From the IMG/VR virus record IMGVR_UViG_3300010356_002077: 64,000 nucleotides of DNA, one strand, 5' to 3'. Source of the stretch: an uncultured virus (IMG/VR IMGVR_UViG_3300010356_002077) (taxonomy: Duplodnaviria; Heunggongvirae; Uroviricota; Caudoviricetes). The translations under genes were made by a program, and so were the position numbers. The notes under the pieces are model-generated. The model had not been told where the DNA came from. It did no database searches and worked only from the letters and a program-made list of their open reading frames with translations. Shown one piece after another: positions 36,398-46,734 of this stretch; positions within the stretch are counted from its first letter, which is position 1, and every line of letters starts with the position of its first letter.

Positions 36398-38657
36398 TGT
36401 ACGTGTTACCTCCGATAGTGATGACCGTGGTTTGCAAGCGGCAACGGACTCGTTGAAGAAAGTTGGAGAAGCCGCGGAACGGACGGAAAAGAAAGTTCGG
36501 GATTCGTCCCAGAAGATGGCGGACGGACACAAAGCGCATCGAGAAGAAAGTGACCGGTTGTCGAAGGCTTTGTCCGAGGGTCTCGGGGGAGCCATTGCAA
36601 ACGTAGCAGTGAAGTATCTTGGGTTGCTCGAAATCATTACACGAGTGTACGAGTTCTTCAAAGAATCTATCAAGATGTCGATCGAGAATGAAGCTTCCAA
36701 TATCCGGTTGGCGGAAAGTCTTCGAGTATTTACTGGTGCGAACAAGGGAGCAATTGAATCGATCTCTGGTACAATCGAGCGTCTGGCGGCTTTAAACGGA
36801 TACAGTGAAGATGCCGCGAAGGAGGGTTTCACAAAGTTTCTCGCCGTTACAAAGGACTCCGATCAGGCCCTAAAGCTACTGCAACTTGCGATGGGAGGAG
36901 CGAGAAAGTCCGGTATTGACCTCGACAAAGCCATTCAAGATTGGGTACAGACTCTTCGGGGTCGTGCAGTTATGGACACGAGTGCTTTTGGTACCGTTTT
37001 GCGAGAGTTGACGAAGGACGGAAAACTCACTACGGAAGAGATGCAGAAACTCGATATGATGTACGGAAATCTCAGTACGACGACGACTTCGACTTCCCTC
37101 CGACAGGCGGAGCTAAAGGAAAAGATCGCACAAACGAGACAGGAAATTGGTTCACAGTTCATGCCCTCTTTGAATTCCTGGTTGGAGTTGTTCCTGCGAT
37201 TCGGGGAGCGAGCTTCCACGTTTGTATTGGATACAATTACGTTTATCAAGATTCTCGTTCAGGGAGCAACGGACTTGTTAGTCACCCACGTAACTGCGAC
37301 GTGGCATCTGGTTTCCTTCCAGTGGGGAAAGGTCAAAGAAGATCTGACGATCGGTCAGGAAGTAGCAAAGGATCACTTTACCGAAACTTTGGATGAGGCG
37401 GCTGCGTACCGGAAGAAGTTAAAGGACATTTGGGGTACGGAACCACTTACGATACCGACTACGAAACCTCCGGAAATACCGGACCGGGACAAAGGAGACA
37501 AAGCACTTGAGCAGGAACAAACCGCAGTAGCAGCCCTCGCGAATTCTTACCGAGATCTCGCCCGACAAGAGTTTGATCAGGCGGCAGCAAAGGTTCGGGA
37601 AGCCGAGACGGGTCGGGAAGCTTTTGAAGCGTTCGAGGAAGCTTCCAAACGTCGGATGATCCTCGCGAAATTTGAGCAGGACGCATTGTTTACTCAGTAT
37701 CAGAAAGATCTTGCCGCAGCAAAGAATAATGTAGCCGCGAAGGAAGCGATCTACAAGAAATACCTTGTAGACAAGGAACGACTCGAAAAAGCGTGTAACG
37801 CGGATATTCAAAAGTTACAGGAGACATTAAACACGCATTACTTGAACGACCAGAAGAAACTCGAAGCGGACCTCGAGAAACTCCGTGAGAAACGCGAGAA
37901 AGAAGTTGCGAAAGCCGAGCAGGAGGCACAACGAAATCGAGAACGTGCCGACGCGTTGTTTGGAAGACGCGAACTAAGTCAACGGGCGAAGGAACTGAAG
38001 GATTACCGACGAAACCTTCGAGATGAACTCGAGATGGAAGAGGTTACGGCCGCACGAAAGAAAGAGATCGCCGAACAACTCGCACAAGTCGATCTTGAAA
38101 TCGCGAAAGAGGAAGCGGCCGCAAAAAGAGCCCTTACCGCGGATGTGATGTCCGATTTGCTTATGTCCGCGTCTCAAGCGTTCGGGAACAACAAAGCACT
38201 GGCGATCGCTTCTACAATTCTCTCGACATACTCGGCGGCACAAAAAGCATATGAAGCGATGGTCGGAATACCGTACATCGGTCCGGCTCTAGCCGTTGCT
38301 GCGGCTGCTGCGGCAGTACTTTCAGGTCTCGCTCGAGTAAAGCAAATTCAGTCGCAAGAAATGAAATCCGCCGCGGGTGGGTTCGACGTTCCCGAGGGAG
38401 AAAGTCCCCTGACTCGGTTGCACCCCCGAGAAATGGTGTTACCCGAAAAGTACGCGGACGTTCTTCGAGACTTAGCTCGGGATCGACAAATCATTAACTC
38501 GCACAAGACGACTCACAATAATCGAAGCTGGAATGTAGCAATCAACACACTTGATGGAGGTACCGGACGAATCGCCGAACGGAACGTTGCTAAGCGGTTG
38601 TACGGTGGCGAACGTTTGTACGAGGGAACGGTCCTCAAGGGGTCGAAAAGAAAATGA
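36378..38657 (+). CDS. Tape measure protein
   Basis: Long helical A/E/K-rich protein; SAAGGFDVP...LHPREMVLP C-terminus. Confidence 0.85.
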   Translation: MPEYLISVRVTSDSDDRGLQAATDSLKKVGEAAERTEKKVRDSSQKMADGHKAHREESDRLSKALSEGLGGAIANVAVKYLGLLEIITRVYEFFKESIKMSIENEASNIRLAESLRVFTGANKGAIESISGTIERLAALNGYSEDAAKEGFTKFLAVTKDSDQALKLLQLAMGGARKSGIDLDKAIQDWVQTLRGRAVMDTSAFGTVLRELTKDGKLTTEEMQKLDMMYGNLSTTTTSTSLRQAELKEKIAQTRQEIGSQFMPSLNSWLELFLRFGERASTFVLDTITFIKILVQGATDLLVTHVTATWHLVSFQWGKVKEDLTIGQEVAKDHFTETLDEAAAYRKKLKDIWGTEPLTIPTTKPPEIPDRDKGDKALEQEQTAVAALANSYRDLARQEFDQAAAKVREAETGREAFEAFEEASKRRMILAKFEQDALFTQYQKDLAAAKNNVAAKEAIYKKYLVDKERLEKACNADIQKLQETLNTHYLNDQKKLEADLEKLREKREKEVAKAEQEAQRNRERADALFGRRELSQRAKELKDYRRNLRDELEMEEVTAARKKEIAEQLAQVDLEIAKEEAAAKRALTADVMSDLLMSASQAFGNNKALAIASTILSTYSAAQKAYEAMVGIPYIGPALAVAAAAAAVLSGLARVKQIQSQEMKSAAGGFDVPEGESPLTRLHPREMVLPEKYADVLRDLARDRQIINSHKTTHNNRSWNVAINTLDGGTGRIAERNVAKRLYGGERLYEGTVLKGSKRK

Positions 38658-39094
38658 GCTACTACACTACGTACTTTCAGTTGCGGGTTAAGAATTCTGG
38701 TGGAACGGTCTTGTACACTTTTAAACCGCACGATTCCGTTCGGACGGATGTAGACGTCGAACGCGGAGAGGCCGTAGTAATCGAGCGAATGAAAGCACTC
38801 CAAGTTAACGCGGATTACCACCTCGGGTACAAACAACGAGTCGGGGGACTCTTTACCGCAATTGGAAAGTCGATTACCGCAGCTACGGGTTACGCAACTC
38901 TCGAAGTCGTACTGAATGCGCATACTACCGGTGGGACTTTGGAATATTCCGTAGATGGGGGTTCCACGTGGGTACCGTGTGTACTTGAAGGAGACCCCGA
39001 TCGTTTTAAACAGGAAGGACAGAACTACACGGAACAAGTTCGGGTATCGTGCATCAGTAAAGAGTGTGTAGCAACTCCCTGGAGGACGAGCTAG
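38654..39094 (+). CDS. Putative distal tail protein
   Basis: Directly after TMP. Confidence 0.4.
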   Translation: MSYYTTYFQLRVKNSGGTVLYTFKPHDSVRTDVDVERGEAVVIERMKALQVNADYHLGYKQRVGGLFTAIGKSITAATGYATLEVVLNAHTTGGTLEYSVDGGSTWVPCVLEGDPDRFKQEGQNYTEQVRVSCISKECVATPWRTS

Positions 39095-42060
39095 TGGCCA
39101 ATTTGAAGGTCAACTTACAGACCCCTGCGGGAACGAAATACGAGATAACGGACAAACTTCTCGGAGCACCGGGAATCAATCCAAACGTGGAAGATAACCT
39201 TTTCGTTTTTGATGCGGGTACCCTCGATTTGGAAGTGGACGACGCCGACGGTTTCTTTACCGGACTTCTTGGAGGAACTCTCGACGGGTCGTTGAAGTGG
39301 GACTACGTAACGAGTAAGGGAACGTGGTACGTTGAGATTCTAAAGAATGGAACGGATGTAAGTTGGTGTGGGGACATTGATGTAAAGACCGTTTTCTTGA
39401 ACGAGGAAGAGAAGACGTGCAAGTTTTCCGTTCTCGGGGTACTGAGTCGGGCACTCCAATTTGATGCCGAGACCCTCCAACGAGTAACTACCGATCCAAT
39501 TTACTTTACGAACGAACGAAACAAACGAGTTTTAACTCTCTGGCAGGATCTAGCTCACACAATTCCCTTAGCCGTCTCCGGTACCGGTCTTGCCGTTGAA
39601 GATCGCATCAAGACCGAAAAACTTACTCGAAACGCGCGAGTCGTCGATCAGGAACTCGAGATTCGACACCTCGGACCCAGTTCCACACCCCTGCTAACGG
39701 CGTACCAAGTTAAAGTTCGACAAAGATGCAAACGAGAGTACGCTCAGGGAGTTTGTGCTACTCCCTGGTGGAAAGGCCTTACCGTTGGTGCGTGCGTTCT
39801 AAAGTGTCTCCAAGCAATGGGTGTCACCAGCTACGAAATCGCCGGGACCGGTACGACGTACGTGGTCCAAGAACTCGACACTGAAGGAAAGAAAGTCTCC
39901 GAGGTTCTCGCAGAACTGGCGGAATATGGCACCTGTGTATTGTTTAACGTCGGAAATCAGTGGTGCTTTCTCGACCGACAACAAGTTCGGTCGGGGGCGT
40001 CCTCGAAGCCGGTCGATTCTCTCATTTGTTCTTGGGAAAGTCAAGGTTTGAAGGACCGGTACTATCTCACGATCAAAGTGACGGGTCGACCCCCGCATTT
40101 TGCTCCGGAAAGTACTCCCCGATCTTGTCGTGTTGGACAAACGACTACTCCAAACCTGACTTTCGAAATCGAAACGGACTTCACCGATGATATCGATACT
40201 CTGAAGACAATTGGTGGACACGCCTACGATGAATTTGCCTATCGTCGGCGACTTGTAGAAGTGAAGGTGTTGGATGACGGAACGGCGTATCACTTGTGGG
40301 ATGAGATTACTCGTTCTTCCGTTGCTTGGAGAATCTTACGAATTTCCGAACCCGTTTTTAGCGTTTGTGATTATACCGTTGCGGGTTCGAGTGTTCCCAT
40401 CCGGGATATGATTACGTTGTTGGTCGAGGAAAAAGTAGGTGTCGCCCCCACTACGGCGACGTATTCGGAGTACAACCGAAACAAGGATGACGATCCACCC
40501 TATCCTCCGGAGTACGTTGAAGCAAGCTCCGCGAAACTCTCAAAACGAAAAGCGTGGTGGTCTCTCTTTCGAGTCCGCTTTCCTGGTACTAATCCCGAAT
40601 TTGCTCCCCGAAAGTGGGAGAAACTCAAAAAGGTTATCAATGAAGGGACCGCGGACGAGGAGGAGATTGAGTACTGGCAAGAGTACATTTTATGGGCGGT
40701 TCGCGCGAAGATGCCGACCGATTACGGAGTGGACGTACAACAGGACACTCCGGACGAACTCATTCTAACTTGCTTTACCGACGATCCGTCGAATCCAAGA
40801 CGACACAAGCGGTTTCCGAATTGTCAACCGGATGCCGATGGTTGGTACTACAGTTACTTCTACAAACCAATTACGTCTTCTCCCGTCGAGTGGTTCATTG
40901 CCGTACAGACGTACGAGTGGGGAAAAGACCTTTCTGCCTACTCGGACGAAGTCTCTACCCTAGCAGACGACGAGGGTGAGTCTCCGGTCTACCCGGCACC
41001 CGTAATTGAAGAACCCGCGACTTTCCAGTCGGGAGTTGGAATGAACCTCATTGTAAAATACGGAGGAACGGATACAAGTGATCCGAATTACAACACTGTA
41101 CCGACGAAGATAAAGATATGGTTGAGCCAGACCGGGACATTTTCAAGTACCTACTATCAATACTACGGTGTTCCGACTACTTTCGATACTGCAAACCACC
41201 GAGTTCTCGTCCCTTGCGCCTACTACAATAATGGGAGTGGAACCAACCAAGCTCTTACCTCCGACTGTACGTGTTACATCAAAGTCCAGTTGGAATACGA
41301 CACGGATGTTTTCACGGAGGAGAGTGCCGTATTCGTACATACATTCCTCGCGACTACCTACCAAACACCCCTGCGAAAGTCCATATCCTATGTAGAGAGT
41401 ACCGGAGTGGTGACGGTGAAGTGGACCTTCTCAAACGCGATTGCCTCGGGTGACAACGTAAAAGGTTTCGCGATCTTCAACCCGTACAAGGCCGTGGTTA
41501 GACCCGATCTTACTTGTGATGGTTATACCCCCGCAACGTACCCGATAACGAATAATTGGGTTCGACTTGGATCCACCCCCTACACTTTTGACGTTACCAC
41601 CGCGGTAGAATCGGGAGAGAATGTCTTCACTAAAACCTTTACATTGGACACCTACCTTACAGAGTTCTCAATTGACCTCTGTTGTGGAGATGGCAGTGCT
41701 GACTGGGGAGATTGGGCCCTAGCCTTTCCTTACGGAACGACCGATACTACCCAACCCCCTGCACCGGTCTTCACTCAAGTTAGTGGACAAACGTACAAAA
41801 TAACATGGTCGGGTAGTGGTCGGTACTATCTCCATTTACAAATCGCGGTAGGGGCGATGTATACGGATATCGTAACTCCAGAAAACGTTTCGAACACGAA
41901 AGTTGCTTCCGGGGGGTACTCGTACACTTTTAGTCTTAACCAAACCTACCGGGTCCGACTTTGTGACGTTGCCGACGATGAAGTCGGACAGGTAGCGGAT
42001 TATTGGCACAGTGAGTGGGTCGGGAAGACTTTCTCACAAACGGGTCCGATCGAGAAGTAG
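39094..42060 (+). CDS. Tail tip hub / central fibre protein
   Basis: ~990 aa with FN3-like C-terminal segments; GTG start after GGAGG. Confidence 0.55.
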   Translation: MANLKVNLQTPAGTKYEITDKLLGAPGINPNVEDNLFVFDAGTLDLEVDDADGFFTGLLGGTLDGSLKWDYVTSKGTWYVEILKNGTDVSWCGDIDVKTVFLNEEEKTCKFSVLGVLSRALQFDAETLQRVTTDPIYFTNERNKRVLTLWQDLAHTIPLAVSGTGLAVEDRIKTEKLTRNARVVDQELEIRHLGPSSTPLLTAYQVKVRQRCKREYAQGVCATPWWKGLTVGACVLKCLQAMGVTSYEIAGTGTTYVVQELDTEGKKVSEVLAELAEYGTCVLFNVGNQWCFLDRQQVRSGASSKPVDSLICSWESQGLKDRYYLTIKVTGRPPHFAPESTPRSCRVGQTTTPNLTFEIETDFTDDIDTLKTIGGHAYDEFAYRRRLVEVKVLDDGTAYHLWDEITRSSVAWRILRISEPVFSVCDYTVAGSSVPIRDMITLLVEEKVGVAPTTATYSEYNRNKDDDPPYPPEYVEASSAKLSKRKAWWSLFRVRFPGTNPEFAPRKWEKLKKVINEGTADEEEIEYWQEYILWAVRAKMPTDYGVDVQQDTPDELILTCFTDDPSNPRRHKRFPNCQPDADGWYYSYFYKPITSSPVEWFIAVQTYEWGKDLSAYSDEVSTLADDEGESPVYPAPVIEEPATFQSGVGMNLIVKYGGTDTSDPNYNTVPTKIKIWLSQTGTFSSTYYQYYGVPTTFDTANHRVLVPCAYYNNGSGTNQALTSDCTCYIKVQLEYDTDVFTEESAVFVHTFLATTYQTPLRKSISYVESTGVVTVKWTFSNAIASGDNVKGFAIFNPYKAVVRPDLTCDGYTPATYPITNNWVRLGSTPYTFDVTTAVESGENVFTKTFTLDTYLTEFSIDLCCGDGSADWGDWALAFPYGTTDTTQPPAPVFTQVSGQTYKITWSGSGRYYLHLQIAVGAMYTDIVTPENVSNTKVASGGYSYTFSLNQTYRVRLCDVADDEVGQVADYWHSEWVGKTFSQTGPIEK

Positions 42061-42069
42061 GAGAGATCG

Positions 42070-43260
42070 ATGGCGAACCGAAACGATTTTGACAAAAGTT
42101 TTTACCCGGATGCCTATCGACTTGACAACTGGAGTGTCGATGAAGCAATTTTGATGACCCCGGGACAATGGTATCTCGAAAGTGGAGGGGTCGTCCTAGA
42201 ACCTCGTCGACTCCGAATCACCGCTACGGGTGCGTCTTTTGCCTTCCCCCACAAGTTCCATGTTCGGTACGACCTCCGCTGTGTAGATTTGACCGCGGTG
42301 TCTGCAACGTTAAAAAATGCGTCCAACAACGGATACAAAATTTCCTTTCCTACGGATGCTTCAATAAAGTTAGAACGACTAGACGCGGGGAGTGGAACGG
42401 AAATTGTAACCGTTGATACTACCTCTCTTGCCCTCGGAGACGACATTCGTTTCGTGCTGGATTTGTGGAGGTATCCAAATGGAGGAATTGTCCTTCAACT
42501 TAACGGAACGACGGTTATCAATACGGTAGAGGCGACCTACTTTGGAACGGATTCGGTTCCGATGAAGTGGTATTGGACGTCTTCGGGTATTTTGTACATC
42601 TATCTTTTTCGTGGAGACCTTTATCGACTCTACACCGGACGGGAAGAGTACCAACGTTCGCTGGTACAACAAGACGAGTACGCACTCGGAACTAGTGCTC
42701 TTAAAGTTCCCGAATTCGTTTTCACGAACGAATTTAAGATGGAGTTGAACAAACCGTTATTGCCCGAGAAAGGTTACTATCTCGAATTTAACATGCTCAA
42801 CTCTGGGGGGTACCAAAAGTTAAAAGTTGGACTAACTACCCCGGATCGGGTCCGAGGAATCTATGTCGAGTTCTTTAACGATGGAGCAAAAAACACGGTC
42901 CGGATTTGCACGGCAGACGGAACTGTTCGGGCAACTTCTTCTAGTACCGTTAACGTCCAAAGTTTTCGGATATACGTAGATAGCGCGACCTACGCTGCCA
43001 ACTATATATCTATAACGGGACTTACCGGGTCTCCCCCAACTCCTTGGGTTGACTATTCTGCCGGGGCGACGTATCTTTCTCGAAACATGGTACTGTGGAT
43101 TGAAGGTGCCGAAACTGCAAAAACGAGTTTTTGGTTGTACGGAGTTGCTTGCACAATCGACGGAACAGACCTACAAAATGTAAACGACTTCGGGGTGATA
43201 ACTACGGAAACGAACGGACAAATTGACATATCTCAGCGGAAGATTGTTACGCCGTATTAG
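42070..43260 (+). CDS. Beta-rich minor tail protein
   Basis: Gene order and composition. Confidence 0.45.
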   Translation: MANRNDFDKSFYPDAYRLDNWSVDEAILMTPGQWYLESGGVVLEPRRLRITATGASFAFPHKFHVRYDLRCVDLTAVSATLKNASNNGYKISFPTDASIKLERLDAGSGTEIVTVDTTSLALGDDIRFVLDLWRYPNGGIVLQLNGTTVINTVEATYFGTDSVPMKWYWTSSGILYIYLFRGDLYRLYTGREEYQRSLVQQDEYALGTSALKVPEFVFTNEFKMELNKPLLPEKGYYLEFNMLNSGGYQKLKVGLTTPDRVRGIYVEFFNDGAKNTVRICTADGTVRATSSSTVNVQSFRIYVDSATYAANYISITGLTGSPPTPWVDYSAGATYLSRNMVLWIEGAETAKTSFWLYGVACTIDGTDLQNVNDFGVITTETNGQIDISQRKIVTPY

Positions 43261-43269
43261 GAGGTAGAG

Positions 43270-45123
43270 ATGCTTCGAAAATGTTGGATTTGGATTTTCG
43301 TCTTGCTCCTGACCCTACCGGTATGGGCAACGGACTACGTTACAATTACGTACAATGTAAAGCTCCCTGCGGGAACTCCTTCTTCGAGTATTCGCGCGTC
43401 CGCACGACTAACGTACGATGCGTTTCGGAATCCCGCACACATTGTGTATGCTCAAGACGGAACTTATGACGCAACTCTCGGAACCTTTACTTGGACCCTA
43501 CCAAAGGGTTGCTACTTTCAGTTCGTTTGTAAAGCGACGAATTTGGATGACGAGTATCAGATTCCGACGGTGAGTTCTCTTCTGAACGACCTCATTCCTG
43601 CCGAACCTCCACCCACTCCGTCCTGGGCTTCTCTCCTCTGGTCCTGTTCTCAACAGCCCGAGTGCGACATCGTATCCGATTACGATGTAGATGTGGTCGA
43701 CGGACGATTCTCGGGAACTGTCGCGGCAGCCGGAACGGTCACGGGCTCGAACCTCTCCGGCTCCAGCTCCGGGACGAACACGGGGGACCAGGACCTATCC
43801 GGCCTCCTCCCATATACGGGGGCGACGGGTAATGTTGACTTGGGGACGCATAACCTCACCACCACAGGCAAAGGAACATTCGGACAGTTTAAATTGACTG
43901 GTGGAATTACAGGATACTTATTGATGTCAGGTGTGGATGGTCTTGCTCTGTGGTCCTCTCCAAACAGCCACAAACATTCTATTATCCAAAACTATATTGG
44001 TGGGGGAAGTGATGTCGGAAGTGTTGAGATTATGACTGATGGGGGTGCATATTATAGCATCCCGGATGGTTCGATATATCTCGACGGTATATTCCCGTTT
44101 TTGTCCCTCACCACAACTCGCGGCATAACCAGTGGAGGGCACGCAGTTAAATTTTACGATGGTGCCGACACCCACACCTATTATTTTGACCTCCCGCCGT
44201 TTACTGATCCTTCCGTTGTTGTTACGTTCCCGCCAGTCAGCGGGTCGCTATGGGCCTCTGGGAACGATGGCACGGGTTCGGGCTTGGACGCTGACACGCT
44301 TGATGGAGACCATGGTTCAGCGTTCCTGAAGGCAGAGGTTGATGGAGTTATCGGCAACGAAGTGACGGACGCCGCCGATACAACCCTCACCAGAACGGGA
44401 AGCGGAACAAGCGGAGACCCGTGGAAGCTGAAACTTGCACTCGCCAACGCAAACACTTGGGAAGTGAACCAGACAGCACCGTATTGGCTATCAAGCGTTC
44501 AATATGACCCAAACAATCCCAGGCCCTACGGCTGGCCTCTGACCGCCGCAAACTCAAACGACCTTGAGTTTAACGGGGCGAACCCGATGACGGACACGGC
44601 AGACCTTGATAGTTCGACGACGGAGATTCCGGGGTGGATAACTCTCGACACGGCAGGATTGGCGAAGCAGGGCCTGGCATACAAAACACTTGCGAGTGCC
44701 TTTGCTACCGACAGCGTGATTGACTGCCGGGCGCACATATCTTGTAATGCTTGGACAAACGGCTCAACCGTCGTGCTTGCGTTCCTGTATGACAATGCAG
44801 GCTCGATGGACGGGTGGTATGTCGGACTAAAAGGCAACAACGGCTATTGGCAGAGGGGTTGGGGAACCGTTACGAATTATGTTCTGTCTGCCCCGACAGC
44901 CGCAACCCTCTACGATTACAAGCCTTATATCGGCGTATACCGCTACGCCACAGGCGACCTTTATTTTACAGATAGTGAGGACGGAATCACTTGGGGCACA
45001 TACGCCAGATTGACGACAGGTGCGAATAAGGCGTTCACGGTGTTTGGGGTTGGCGCGGATCTGTCAGCAAATTCCACACCAGAGGTGAATACCGTTGCAG
45101 TAGATTGGGTTCGGTTCAAATAA
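43270..45123 (+). CDS. Tail-fibre-like protein with signal peptide (copy 2)
   Basis: MLRKCWIWIFVLLLTLPVWA|TD N-terminus. Central region identical to 627..2549; N- and C-termini homologous but diverged. Confidence 0.65.
   Translation: MLRKCWIWIFVLLLTLPVWATDYVTITYNVKLPAGTPSSSIRASARLTYDAFRNPAHIVYAQDGTYDATLGTFTWTLPKGCYFQFVCKATNLDDEYQIPTVSSLLNDLIPAEPPPTPSWASLLWSCSQQPECDIVSDYDVDVVDGRFSGTVAAAGTVTGSNLSGSSSGTNTGDQDLSGLLPYTGATGNVDLGTHNLTTTGKGTFGQFKLTGGITGYLLMSGVDGLALWSSPNSHKHSIIQNYIGGGSDVGSVEIMTDGGAYYSIPDGSIYLDGIFPFLSLTTTRGITSGGHAVKFYDGADTHTYYFDLPPFTDPSVVVTFPPVSGSLWASGNDGTGSGLDADTLDGDHGSAFLKAEVDGVIGNEVTDAADTTLTRTGSGTSGDPWKLKLALANANTWEVNQTAPYWLSSVQYDPNNPRPYGWPLTAANSNDLEFNGANPMTDTADLDSSTTEIPGWITLDTAGLAKQGLAYKTLASAFATDSVIDCRAHISCNAWTNGSTVVLAFLYDNAGSMDGWYVGLKGNNGYWQRGWGTVTNYVLSAPTAATLYDYKPYIGVYRYATGDLYFTDSEDGITWGTYARLTTGANKAFTVFGVGADLSANSTPEVNTVAVDWVRFK
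43654..44443 (+). repeat. ~790-bp direct repeat, copy 2
   Basis: Matches 1008-1797. Confidence 0.95.
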
Positions 45124-45147
45124 CTCATTTCATAGGAGGAACGGACG

Positions 45148-45687
45148 ATGAAAGAGAAAGGGCATGTCATTGAAATGACGGGGCTGGAGAAGCTTACTCG
45201 GGAGTACGCCGACTGCTTCAACAGGATCCGGGGGATCGTGGACGAGATGGAGACGGAGATCCGCGCAATCAAGAAGAGCAAAACGCCCAGGCTGATGACA
45301 CACCTGGAAACATTGGAGGAGCGGCGCAACGCGCTCAAGGCCGCGATCGAAAAAAACGCCCAGATCTTCGACAAGCCCAAGACGCGGGCTTTCCACGGCA
45401 TCAAGATCGGCTTCCGCAAGGGGCCCGGCGAACTGAACATCGAAGACCCGGAGAAGACGATCGCCCTCATCAAGAAGAACTACCCCGAAAAGGCAAAGGT
45501 GCTGATCCAGACGACCGAGAAGCTTTTGAAAAAGCCGCTCGGGCTCATGCCGGCGGCGGACCTCAAGAAGCTCGGAGTGGAAGTGAACGACACCTGCGAC
45601 GAAGTTTACATCGCCCCCTTGGACGGAGACATCGAGAAGATCGCCCAGGGCGTCATAAACGAGATGAAGGCGGCCAAGGCGGTGTAG
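45148..45687 (+). CDS. gam: Mu Gam-like host-nuclease inhibitor
   Basis: Coiled coil followed by FDKPKT..HGIKIGFRKG; Mu early-region position. Confidence 0.8.
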   Translation: MKEKGHVIEMTGLEKLTREYADCFNRIRGIVDEMETEIRAIKKSKTPRLMTHLETLEERRNALKAAIEKNAQIFDKPKTRAFHGIKIGFRKGPGELNIEDPEKTIALIKKNYPEKAKVLIQTTEKLLKKPLGLMPAADLKKLGVEVNDTCDEVYIAPLDGDIEKIAQGVINEMKAAKAV

Positions 45688-46086
45688 ATGGCCAGACTCG
45701 CGCTTACGGCCCTTATTTGGCTTGTCAGCGCTCCGCTGGGCGCAGGTTGGAGGCCCATGCCGGTCAGGGCTTTGCCGCAGATCGAAAAGGCGAGGGAGAG
45801 CGTCACGGTCACGGCAAGCTGGTACGGCCCCGGGTTCTTCGGCAAAACGACGGCAAGCGGCGAGGTTTTCCTGCCGCACCTTCCCACCTGCGCCCACAAG
45901 GAACTCCCATTCGGGACAAGGGTAAGATTGACCAACCCCGAGAACAACCGGTCGTTGGTTTTAAGAGTGAACGACCGCGGCCCCTTCATCCCCGGCCGCG
46001 ATATTGACTTGAACGAATTCCCCGCGTGGATCCTCGGATACCACAAAAAAGGCGTTCACAAGCTTCAGCTGGAGGTGCTGGAATGA
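45688..46086 (+). CDS. RlpA-like lytic transglycosylase
   Basis: ASWYG..GKTTASGE, AHKELPFGT, VNDRGPF..GRDIDL. Confidence 0.88.
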   Translation: MARLALTALIWLVSAPLGAGWRPMPVRALPQIEKARESVTVTASWYGPGFFGKTTASGEVFLPHLPTCAHKELPFGTRVRLTNPENNRSLVLRVNDRGPFIPGRDIDLNEFPAWILGYHKKGVHKLQLEVLE

Positions 46087-46286
46087 GCAGGCAAAAACGT
46101 ATACAGGTCAGGATGAAAGGCAGGCCGCCCGTATATGGCGCCTACCGGAGGCAGCTCAAGGGGCATTACTTCTGGGACATTTTCGGCGGCGGAGAGATCA
46201 TTGCAACGGTCGGTGATATGGCGTTCAAACGGGATTTCGAGATCGTTCCTCCGGGGGAGAAACAAGAGCTGAAGGCTGAAGGCTGA
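46083..46286 (+). CDS. Hypothetical protein
   Basis: ATGA overlap with the upstream gene. Confidence 0.45.
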   Translation: MSRQKRIQVRMKGRPPVYGAYRRQLKGHYFWDIFGGGEIIATVGDMAFKRDFEIVPPGEKQELKAEG

Positions 46287-46297
46287 AGGAGGAGAAG

Positions 46298-46573
46298 ATG
46301 AACAAGGAACAAGAGAAAAGCGCTTTGAGAGAGAAATACTATGACGAAGTGGAATCATCCATCAAGAGGAAATATGGACATCGCAGGCTCAGGGAAGAGC
46401 AGAAGTGTAGATTAAATGCCATATCAAGGGGGATAGGTGAAGCAGAATGGGAAATTCGCACCAATACAAAGGCTGCATCTCGCGAAACAGCTATTGCCCT
46501 TTCGAGATTAGAGGAGGCACTCCTTTGGGCAAGACGTTCAATTGAGATGGAACCTAACGGGGTTAAGCCATGA
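46298..46573 (+). CDS. Acb2/Tad1-like helical hairpin protein (candidate anti-defence sponge)
   Basis: YGHRRL.EEQ..RLN and SRETAIALSRLEEALLWARRSI pattern. Confidence 0.55.
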   Translation: MNKEQEKSALREKYYDEVESSIKRKYGHRRLREEQKCRLNAISRGIGEAEWEIRTNTKAASRETAIALSRLEEALLWARRSIEMEPNGVKP

Positions 46574-46734
46574 TAGGCGGGATGAGCGGTTATGGAGAAG
46601 TGACTGAAGATAAAAAAATAGAAGAACGTCCTCGATGTGCCTTATGCTGTAACCCTCTTGAAGATGAAGAAATAGAACGGGGTGAAAGATATTGTCTTGA
46701 ATGTCAACTTGAATCGCCCTGGGAGTGTGACTAA
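46570..46734 (+). CDS. Small Zn-finger protein (not in ORF track)
   Basis: 54 aa, CALC...CLEC; ATGA overlap with the upstream gene. Confidence 0.5.
   Translation: MIGGMSGYGEVTEDKKIEERPRCALCCNPLEDEEIERGERYCLECQLESPWECD

Larger units (their letters stand above)
1008..43653. mobile_element. Second, unrelated siphophage genome (42,646 bp if circularised at the repeat)
   Basis: Full replication, head, tail and lysis modules bounded by the direct repeat. Lower GC and different codon usage from the flanking Mu-like phage. Confidence 0.85.
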
